From Candidatus Latescibacterota bacterium (GTDB lineage Bacteria > Latescibacterota > UBA2968 > UBA8231), in the NCBI GenBank assembly GCA_965204725.1, contig OZ242005.1, positions 544,001 through 608,000 on the forward strand: DNA of 64,000 bases. The letters run 5' to 3'. Position numbers and translations under genes: made by a program. The notes beneath the pieces were generated by a model that saw only the letters and a list, made by a program, of their open reading frames with translations, was not told where the DNA came from and did no database searches. Within the stretch, counting starts at the first letter, position 1. Every line of letters begins with the position of its first letter. This document shows positions 56,822 to 64,000 of the stretch, one piece after another.

Positions 56822-57106
56822 ATGAGTTGGAAGCAGTTAATGGGAGTACTAACCCTAGTTGTAGCCATGTTTTCCACGGCTATAATGATCTCAACGTATT
56901 ATAATGTCTCGGGATTTGAGAGAGTTGAGAATAGAATCGAGCAGCTTGAGGGTACACTTGGGGGTAGAATTGATAAGCTTGAGAGTCGCATCAACCATCT
57001 TGAGAGTCGCATCAACCATCTTGACAATAAGATAGACGGACTCTCGAATGAGGTTGCTGAGATAAAGGGAGCACTCAAAGCGAAAAAGATAATGGCGAAT
57101 AGATAA
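56822..57106 (+). CDS. Small membrane-anchored coiled-coil protein
   Basis: AAGGAGG RBS, one TM helix, heptad repeats including a 21-bp tandem duplication (56978-57019). Confidence 0.6.
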   Translation: MSWKQLMGVLTLVVAMFSTAIMISTYYNVSGFERVENRIEQLEGTLGGRIDKLESRINHLESRINHLDNKIDGLSNEVAEIKGALKAKKIMANR

Positions 57107-57125
57107 ATCATCATTATCTCCGAAT

Positions 57126-57303
57126 CGGCGTCCGTTGTGCTTTGACCATCTGCAAAAAACGCGCCTCCTCTCCAACCTCGTCCCCCAATAAGCGAGCGTA
57201 TTCTCGCGCCGCCTCCACTCGCCCTACCCAAACCAATTCGGACGCCAACGCCTGAAACAAACTCAACGCATAGCGGCGGCGAAAATCCTCGGCCAAAAAG
57301 GCG
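57126..57303 (-). repeat. 178-bp direct repeat of the 3' end of the gene at 61334-63319
   Basis: Matches 61337-61514 with about 7 substitutions and no indels (counted by eye). Confidence 0.92.
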
Positions 57304-57329
57304 GCGGGGCGTCAATCATCGGGTCGATT

Positions 57330-58145
57330 CTATTTTATATGATATGATTCCTTCTCAAAAGTAATACAGCCGAGACCTCCTGCCTGCCCCTCATAGCAAC
57401 TGATGACGATAACCTTAGAAAACGGCCCCATACTCTCTTTCACCTTACTCCAAACCTCAGCCACCTCAGATTTAGTCAACACGCCGGGCACACCGCAGGC
57501 ATGATCCACTAACAGCAGCCACCAATCCCCCCAACGCCGCCACCAATCAGCTTCCCGATCACGATGTTTGTCGGGTTTGTCGGGCTTCTTCTTATCCATA
57601 CAAAGCGGAATATGCTTCAAATAACCCGCCACCACACGACTTCCCTTCCCCGTCGATATATCATTCAAGACCCACTTAGACAACCCCCTCCTTTTTCCTG
57701 TTCCCAAAATCTCCAAGATTATTCCACAATCCAAGGTCCACCGAGGCCCAAAACCATCTGGAGGAGTGAGAGATGCCATAGAAGGCGGCGAAGGCTTTTC
57801 TTTGGAAGAATCCAAATCCACCAGATACTGCAAGAGCTCTCGCAGTTGCTTTTTAACTACGCGCCTTTCAGGAATATCCTTCTCGAGAAACGGATATTCA
57901 CAATTTACAAACCACCTAGGCTCAGAAGGCTTTCGCCCAAAATCCTTCAGCACTTCCTCAATAGTCCGCCGAAGGGACTCCTGAGCCGTCTCCAAGCCTT
58001 CACTCAGACGCATGACCTCGACCGCAATCTCGTCCTCACCAATCACGAAATCCGGCGGATCAGGACAAAACCGCTTCACCTTCCCCAATCCCTGCTTCTT
58101 CAGCCATTGCAAGGCGATGGTCTCATCTCTGTTTATTTTATTCAT
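57330..58145 (-). CDS. Hypothetical protein with a PD-(D/E)XK-like motif
   Basis: E..AL.WL...PDPPDFVI....IAVEV.RL; low GC; co-oriented with the R-M gene. Confidence 0.55.
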   Translation of the reverse strand: MNKINRDETIALQWLKKQGLGKVKRFCPDPPDFVIGEDEIAVEVMRLSEGLETAQESLRRTIEEVLKDFGRKPSEPRWFVNCEYPFLEKDIPERRVVKKQLRELLQYLVDLDSSKEKPSPPSMASLTPPDGFGPRWTLDCGIILEILGTGKRRGLSKWVLNDISTGKGSRVVAGYLKHIPLCMDKKKPDKPDKHRDREADWWRRWGDWWLLLVDHACGVPGVLTKSEVAEVWSKVKESMGPFSKVIVISCYEGQAGGLGCITFEKESYHIK

Positions 58146-58176
58146 AGCGTCTCATCAACTTCATATTTAAGGCACC

Positions 58177-61017
58177 TTACCGAGATTGGCCCACCCAGTT
58201 AAGCTCCAGTAATTCCCGGAGCGCGTCGTCGTCGGAAATATCCGCCTTCCACCCATAAGCCTCCGCTACCGCTGCATCAAGAGCTTGGTGTGCGTCTTTG
58301 AGCCATTGCGGCTGGGCGTTGTACAGGTTCGTCAGCGTCCGTTTCTTCAGTTCCGCCGCCACCGCTTCGTCGCGCGGAACCGACCGCTTGGGATAGCCGA
58401 GCACAGGCTCCTCTACCCACTCCACCCATTCGGGCGGATTGAGCCAGCGGTCGCGCAGTTCGACTAGTCGTTGCGATGCTTCGGCGATGGCGATGGCATG
58501 CGGATCATTTGCGTAATCGGCGGCGGGTATGTCGGGCGACAGCCCTTCGGGGAACGGAAAGGTCTCGAAGGTCGTGGTCGGCGTGTAGCGCGGGCGGTCT
58601 TCCAAACTGGTGCCGAGCCTCAGCGACCACGCCTCGTGAAACCGGCTGTGCAAGATGCCAAAGGTCGTATCATCGTCGCGGGCGATAGCGATTACGGCAC
58701 TATCGGGACAGACGCGAGCATTGAGCCAAACGAACAATCGGTGTTTGGCAACGCGGGGCGTCGCAATGTAGCGCGATAGGCAGTTGAGCTTTTGCCAAGT
58801 CTCTGGACTAGGCGACACATGCCGCCACCAAAAACGCGCCCGCGCCTTGTGTTTGCCCTGTTGACGCACGGGCCGGACATGTTCTGCAATATGGGCGAAC
58901 GGTGCTTCATATAGCGCAGCGTCGGACTCGTCCATGGCGAAACCGAAATCGACGATCCACTTGCCCGCCGGACGCCGCGTCAAGTCCATGCCATTCACCC
59001 ACGGCTTGAGGACATCGGAGTTAGGTCGTCCATTTGGATTCGCCGGCAGACTAAGCCAATCGCGGGCCAAATCGCCCGGTATGTCGAACGCCCCTGCCTT
59101 AACATCGCCCATGAAGGCGCAGCCCACGTTCTGAGTAACCTTCTGTGCTTTTGTGAGATCGACGGTCCCAGCCGTCAGGTCCGAGTTGATCCGCGTAACA
59201 TCTTTACCGTCCAAGCGCACGGGCAACTCTGCGTCTTTTCGTCCAAAGCACACCAGCGACACCCGCACGGCGGCCCCATCAACAACCCACGGCTCATTTG
59301 CCCAAGCGTCAAAAATGACTCCATGCTCCACAATCCTGTCGAGCACGGCTCGATTGCGCCCACCCCGAATCGAATTGGTAGCAACCAGACCGGCGCGGAC
59401 GATCTTTTTATCGACTATCAGCCGAGCCGCTTTGTCAAACCAATGACAGACCAAATCCGCCTCTCCGTGAATCCGCTCCCCATAGAGCCGCTGCAAAAGC
59501 TCCACATATTCGTCGTTCAGCATCCTTCGCAACAACTTGCCTCCTAAAAACGGCGGATTCCCAATCACCACATCCGCCTCCGGCCACTCCGGTTCCCCAC
59601 CATTCGGCCCAACAATCGCATCGCGGCATTCAATCGCATCCAACGGCTTCAGAATCGGATCGCGCGCCTCCCCATACCCATTCCGCCGCATCCACTGAAT
59701 CTCCCCAATCCACACGGAAACGCGAGCCAGTTCCGCCGCATACGGATTGATCTCGATTCCCTTAACGTTGGCCGGCCCAATCTCCGGGAACTGACGCTGA
59801 ATGCCAAGCACCTCGGCCTCCAACTGCACCCGCTGCTCCAAATCCTTGAGCAACTGCAAGGCAATGTATAGGAAATTCCCCGAACCACAGGCCGGGTCAA
59901 GTACAGTAAACCCACGCAGCCGTTGTAGAAACGCACGCAACCGCCGCTCGGCCTCTGCAATGCGCCGAGTGCGAACAGCCGATGTCTTTGCGGACTTCGC
60001 CCGTTCCACCATAGCGGCGATCTCATCCTTTACCCCTGCCCATTCGGTCAGCCAAGGACGAATCACCACTGGCTCGACGAGAAGCATAATTTTGTCGCGG
60101 TCCGTGTAATGAGCCCCCAACTGCCCCCGCTTATCCGGGTCTAACCCACGCTCAAACAAAGTGCCGAGGATGGAAGGATCGACCTCTGCCCAATCGAGAG
60201 TTGCTGCCTTCAACACCGCTGCAATCTCTTCCCTCTCCAGCGGCAGGGCTACATCGTCGTCAAACAAGCCGCCATTGAACCAAGCGACCGGCTCAAAGCC
60301 CACATCGCCGCCCTCAGCCATCGCCTGAAACAGCCTCCGCGCATATTCGGCGAATTTCTCAGGCTGCTCAAGTGTGCGTTCTAACATCCGCGTAAACATC
60401 GCATTGGGCAGCAGGCCCACGTCCTCGGCGAACATGCAGAACACGAGGCGATTAACAAAATGTGCCACAGCCTGTGGATCGTGACCACGCTCGCACAACC
60501 CTTGCGCCAACTCTGCAAAAGACGCAGCCGTTCGTTCGGTAAGCACCTGCCGCGTCAGCCCAGGCTGCAGCCGCTCTGGGTCCGAAAAAGCCCATTTGAG
60601 CAGATCGCGCTTCTCAGCATCAACCAATTCCTCCAGCCCGATCTCGTGGATCTCGCTGACGCTATTGGTCCAATTCGTACAAATGCGAAATTGCGCCATA
60701 TCCGACACGATCAAGAGCGGCGGATTCTCCAACGCGAGCACATACTGCCGAAGCTGTGTAAAAGCGGCATCCAAGTTGGCGCGCTTGCCCTTGTATTCCC
60801 ACGCAAAATGGTGCCGCTTCCACACATCGGCCCAACCCTCGCCGCCGGTTTCCTTGCGAGCACCCTTCTCAAAGCAGTACGTCTCGCCTGTAGGATCGGC
60901 CTCAGCCGGCGTTGGCTCGTCAAGCAACCGGCACAAGTCGATAAAGTGCTCTTGCGCGGCAGAACGCTCCTTGAGATCAACTGCACGCCACTTGGCTATG
61001 AATTCTTCAGGAGCCAT
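58177..61017 (-). CDS. MmeI-like (type IIL/IIG) fused restriction-modification enzyme
   Basis: N-terminal ADVW....FAWEYKG nuclease motif, FNGGLF, GAHYT, VLDPACGSGNF, GNPPF, RYTPTTTFETFPFP. Confidence 0.88.
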   Translation of the reverse strand: MAPEEFIAKWRAVDLKERSAAQEHFIDLCRLLDEPTPAEADPTGETYCFEKGARKETGGEGWADVWKRHHFAWEYKGKRANLDAAFTQLRQYVLALENPPLLIVSDMAQFRICTNWTNSVSEIHEIGLEELVDAEKRDLLKWAFSDPERLQPGLTRQVLTERTAASFAELAQGLCERGHDPQAVAHFVNRLVFCMFAEDVGLLPNAMFTRMLERTLEQPEKFAEYARRLFQAMAEGGDVGFEPVAWFNGGLFDDDVALPLEREEIAAVLKAATLDWAEVDPSILGTLFERGLDPDKRGQLGAHYTDRDKIMLLVEPVVIRPWLTEWAGVKDEIAAMVERAKSAKTSAVRTRRIAEAERRLRAFLQRLRGFTVLDPACGSGNFLYIALQLLKDLEQRVQLEAEVLGIQRQFPEIGPANVKGIEINPYAAELARVSVWIGEIQWMRRNGYGEARDPILKPLDAIECRDAIVGPNGGEPEWPEADVVIGNPPFLGGKLLRRMLNDEYVELLQRLYGERIHGEADLVCHWFDKAARLIVDKKIVRAGLVATNSIRGGRNRAVLDRIVEHGVIFDAWANEPWVVDGAAVRVSLVCFGRKDAELPVRLDGKDVTRINSDLTAGTVDLTKAQKVTQNVGCAFMGDVKAGAFDIPGDLARDWLSLPANPNGRPNSDVLKPWVNGMDLTRRPAGKWIVDFGFAMDESDAALYEAPFAHIAEHVRPVRQQGKHKARARFWWRHVSPSPETWQKLNCLSRYIATPRVAKHRLFVWLNARVCPDSAVIAIARDDDTTFGILHSRFHEAWSLRLGTSLEDRPRYTPTTTFETFPFPEGLSPDIPAADYANDPHAIAIAEASQRLVELRDRWLNPPEWVEWVEEPVLGYPKRSVPRDEAVAAELKKRTLTNLYNAQPQWLKDAHQALDAAVAEAYGWKADISDDDALRELLELNWVGQSR

Positions 61018-61018
61018 T

Positions 61019-61309
61019 TCATCCTACAGCAATGCGGGTCGGCAACCGACGTATCGCCGCGCCGGCTCGCTGGTCAGCGGCGACCAGATCAAATTGCGCC
61101 TGAAGGTTCAGCCAGAACTGAGGCTCTACACCGAACCAGTGTCCAAGCCGCAAGGCCGTGTCGCCGGTCACCGACCGCTTGCCCGCGATGATCTGGCTAA
61201 CACGGTTGGGTGGCACGTTAATCTGGTGTGCCAACGCCGTGGGCGTGACGCCCATCTCTTCAAGCTCGTCCTTTAGGACTGCTCCCGGATGCACAACTCG
61301 TCTGAACAT
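61019..61309 (-). CDS. higA: HigA-family antitoxin/HTH regulator, orphan
   Basis: VHPGAVLKDEL, NRVSQII.GKR.VTGDTALRL..WFG..PQFWLNLQ; AGGAG RBS; no toxin gene upstream. Confidence 0.85.
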   Translation of the reverse strand: MFRRVVHPGAVLKDELEEMGVTPTALAHQINVPPNRVSQIIAGKRSVTGDTALRLGHWFGVEPQFWLNLQAQFDLVAADQRAGAAIRRLPTRIAVG

Positions 61310-61333
61310 GTTCTATCTCCTTTTACACAAAAT

Positions 61334-63319
61334 CTACGGCGTCCGTTGTGCTTTGACCATCTGCAAAAAACGCGCCTCCTCTCCAACCTCGCCCCCCAAT
61401 AAGCGAGCGTATTCTCGCGCATCCTCCACCCGCCCCGCCCAAACCAATTCGGACGCCAACGCCTGAAACAAACTCAACGCATAGCGGCGGCGAAAATCCT
61501 CGGCCAAAAAAGCGCGTTCCAAATGCTTCAGGGCCAGATCGCGCTCGGCGAGCAGATGGTAGAGTTGGCCCTTGACAAAATCGACGAAAGGTGCGCCCAC
61601 GGCCGGATCGTGCGCGAGAAACCCCGCCTGCTTGAGCGCGGCCCGCACCTCAGCCCGCTGCTCGTCGGTAAGCACCCGCCCCTGCATCTCGATGCACCAC
61701 GCCCACTGCACAGCCGCCCACAACCCGCGCCGCGTAAACGGCACCTCGCGCCGCGCCGCCGCGTAGTAACGCTGCGCCCGCGCAAAATCCCGCTCGGTGA
61801 AGAGCCGATCCGCCACCGTCAGCGCCAACGGCCCCTGCTCCCCCTGCTGCATCCACTGCTCAACGCCGCGCCGTTCCCCCGGCGACAGCCGCTGGCCCTC
61901 CATGGCCGCCAATTGCTTGAGATAGCGCGCGTTGTGCCCATTGTACTGATGCAAGGGTGCTTGCGAGAGCATCGCCCCCATCTTGTTGTACGCGACCGCA
62001 CGCTCCACCGGCAGGTCGCCCAAGGCGCGCCGATACGCCTCCTCGCTTTGCAGCAATCCCACGTCAATGGGCTGCAACCGGGCGACGCTGTGGAGAAGGG
62101 TCCGCGCCAACAAAGCCTGCCCAGCGACCGAGAAGTGAACGTGATCCACCATCCACTCCCAACCCACGCCCGACGCGGGCGCAGCGGCCGCAAACGCCGC
62201 TTCCACATCCGCCAACGCGGCCCCGTGCTCGGCCGCGACCGCGCGAATCACCGCATTGTGCGCCGTGGGAGCGCGCCACGGCATGGTGTCCAAATCCCGC
62301 GCCCGGCGAAAAGCGCGTTGCGCCTGGGCATCCCGCCCCAAGCGCTCCAGTGCCCGGCCCTGCAAATAGCACAACCAAGCGTGTTCGCTCGAAAGGGCCG
62401 CCGCCTGCTCCAACTGCTGTAGCGCGGCCTCGGCATCCTCCGGCGCGACGTATCCCCGCGTCAGCAGCCGCGCCGCGTCCTCCACCCGCGCCTTCCACGC
62501 CGCGCCCCCCTCGGTCGAGCCAACCGGCGCGAATCCCGCGTCATTGGCGACCACCGTACACAGCACTAAGGGCACTTGCGCTCGCTCGCAGAGCCGCCCC
62601 ACGCGCCGCAAGTTGGCGCGCAAGTTTTGCTCGGCCGCCGCTCGACCGGGGCTGTGCAACGGCACCGCGCCGCGCCCGGCCGCCATTTTTATTAGATCCG
62701 TCTTGGCCCCAATGCCCCCTAGCAGGCCATCGAGCAAATGCGTCAAATGCAGTTGACGCCAAAAGTACTGTAGCCGCTGGTGCCGCCCCGCGCCGTACAA
62801 CCCGTAGAACTCGTTGTGCCCGGTATAGACGACGACCAGATCGGGCGACAGCGCCAACGCATCTTCCACCACGCGCGCCACCGCAAAGCTGGCAATGGAC
62901 GTGATGCCCAAATTGACGACCTCCACCGCTCGCTCCGGCCACGCATCCGCCAGCATCGCCTGCAAAAAGGACGCCGCGGCCAGACGCCGTGGATAGGGGA
63001 AACCCTGCACGGTTGAAGCACCGACAAAAACGACTCGGTAGCGGTTGGCCGGCGCAGGTTCGACAAAAAAGTGTTCTCCCATCTGACCCGCCGCGGTCAG
63101 CCGGCCCTTGTATTGGGTAAAAAACCGCTGGGCGTAAAACCGACTCGTCGCGTGCAGGGATTGGCCGGTCGCCTCGTCCTCGACCAAGGTTGCGACCAAA
63201 GGCGACGGCCCCAATCCCGGCACGAGCCGCAGCAGACCCTCGGCCCCGAGCACCAAGGCCGCGCCGACTCCCACCGTCGCCAAGCGAAAAAACCAGATCC
63301 TATTCGTCGCGGCCACCAC
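61334..63319 (-). CDS. Membrane-anchored SGNH-like/TPR protein
   Basis: TM anchor, VGASTVQG, NLG, YTGHNEFYG, DHVH, TPR-like helices; probable GTG start at 63319 or 63316. Confidence 0.7.
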   Translation of the reverse strand: MVAATNRIWFFRLATVGVGAALVLGAEGLLRLVPGLGPSPLVATLVEDEATGQSLHATSRFYAQRFFTQYKGRLTAAGQMGEHFFVEPAPANRYRVVFVGASTVQGFPYPRRLAAASFLQAMLADAWPERAVEVVNLGITSIASFAVARVVEDALALSPDLVVVYTGHNEFYGLYGAGRHQRLQYFWRQLHLTHLLDGLLGGIGAKTDLIKMAAGRGAVPLHSPGRAAAEQNLRANLRRVGRLCERAQVPLVLCTVVANDAGFAPVGSTEGGAAWKARVEDAARLLTRGYVAPEDAEAALQQLEQAAALSSEHAWLCYLQGRALERLGRDAQAQRAFRRARDLDTMPWRAPTAHNAVIRAVAAEHGAALADVEAAFAAAAPASGVGWEWMVDHVHFSVAGQALLARTLLHSVARLQPIDVGLLQSEEAYRRALGDLPVERAVAYNKMGAMLSQAPLHQYNGHNARYLKQLAAMEGQRLSPGERRGVEQWMQQGEQGPLALTVADRLFTERDFARAQRYYAAARREVPFTRRGLWAAVQWAWCIEMQGRVLTDEQRAEVRAALKQAGFLAHDPAVGAPFVDFVKGQLYHLLAERDLALKHLERAFLAEDFRRRYALSLFQALASELVWAGRVEDAREYARLLGGEVGEEARFLQMVKAQRTP

Positions 63320-64000
63320 GCCTCGGCTTCTCCAGCATGGCCTGCACGCGCTCCAACGCCGCATCTATGTCCGCCCGCGGCGCGGCCACGGTCGCCTGTT
63401 CGAGCACCTCGACCGCCTGCTGATATTGCCCCAACCCCACATAGACGCCGGCCACGTTGCTCCACACATCGGCGCGTTCCCGCTCGCGTTCCAACACGTT
63501 CAAGAGGATGGGCAATGCGCCGGGCAAATCGCCGCGCAGTGCGCGCAACGAGCCGAGGTTGAACCAAGCCTGCCAATACGTCGAGTCGAGCCGGGTGGCC
63601 TGTTCGTATTTCAGCAGGGCCAACTCGCGGCGGCCTTGTTGCAGGTAAGCGTTGCCCAAGTCGTTGTACGTGGCGGCCCGGCCCCGCCGGTCCATCGGGG
63701 GCAGGTCCCAATTCACCGCCAGCACTAAGAGGGCGAGCAAAGCCGTCGGCCAAAGCACTTGACGCCCTTGACGCCATCTTGCGTACAGCCAGCTCCCCCC
63801 GTAAGCGGCGAACAGAATCAGCAGCGGCACGATCGGCAGGCGGTAGCGCGCTGCGACAAAAAAGGAGATCACCGCCAAGCTATAGCCGAGGACGAAAAGC
63901 ACCGGCAGAGAAAGGCCACGCCGCCGGATATGCACCATAAGGCCCAGCAGCGCGAGCGGGCTTATCAAGCCAAAGGGAAAGGCCACGCCCCACTTCCACA
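63300..64000 (-). CDS. C-terminal part of a GT-C (ArnT/PMT-like) membrane protein with TPR repeats; 5' end outside the window
   Basis: FFVAARYRLPIVP.L..FAA, followed by TPRs (YNDLGNAY, AWFNLG, VWSNVA). Confidence 0.7.
   Translation of the reverse strand, partial: WKWGVAFPFGLISPLALLGLMVHIRRRGLSLPVLFVLGYSLAVISFFVAARYRLPIVPLLILFAAYGGSWLYARWRQGRQVLWPTALLALLVLAVNWDLPPMDRRGRAATYNDLGNAYLQQGRRELALLKYEQATRLDSTYWQAWFNLGSLRALRGDLPGALPILLNVLERERERADVWSNVAGVYVGLGQYQQAVEVLEQATVAAPRADIDAALERVQAMLEKPRRGGRDE

Noticed and set aside
56978-57024. 21-bp tandem repeat as an array
   Set aside because: In-frame coding heptad duplication with no spacers.
57126-57303. DGR template repeat for the 3' end of the gene at 61334-63319
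   Set aside because: Most mismatches are not at adenines of one copy on the coding strand, several are synonymous, and there is no reverse transcriptase in the window.
1-64000. tRNA, rRNA, prophage or integron integrase genes
   Set aside because: No cloverleaf, rRNA-like segment, phage structural gene or tyrosine/serine recombinase was recognised by eye; a covariance-model scan would be needed to exclude small RNAs.

Overview
A GC-rich bacterial chromosomal segment. The gene content (several PQQ-like beta-propellers, PhyH, a DUF6785-type membrane protein, TonB/TolC) suggests a diderm of the Latescibacterota/PVC type; this is inference. The left third (1-19.1 kb) is mostly housekeeping: xylonate dehydratase, ubiX, RsmF-like methyltransferase, M23 peptidase, mrp, DksA-like protein, TolC, transaldolase, GmhA-like isomerase, polyprenyl synthase, uvrB. 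dnaK lies at 23.1-25.0 kb. Five small accessory islets, none with an integrase, sit between core genes. (i) Mrr-like nuclease, hicAB, IS5 and two MITEs between a sigma54-type promoter and dnaK. (ii) Two DNA methyltransferase remnants either side of an IS630. (iii) higBA. (iv) An N4/N6 methyltransferase plus an HNH nuclease. (v) higA, an MmeI-like R-M enzyme and a PD-(D/E)XK protein. The centre (28.0-50.3 kb) is a co-oriented ~22 kb cluster whose function I cannot assign: acylating-ALDH-like protein, Fe-ADH, HemN-like radical SAM, TonB receptor, CoA ligase, halogenase-motif flavoprotein, Na+/solute symporter, GT4, thioesterase, ABC exporter and beta-propellers. The most notable observations are this candidate import-modify-export pathway; two higA-bearing islets each bracketed by a duplication of the last ~180-195 bp of the upstream host gene; an SGNH-like gene present as two full copies plus a decayed third; and MITEs with IS630- and IS5-type ends carrying the same REP palindrome. 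No rRNA, tRNA or CRISPR array was seen.
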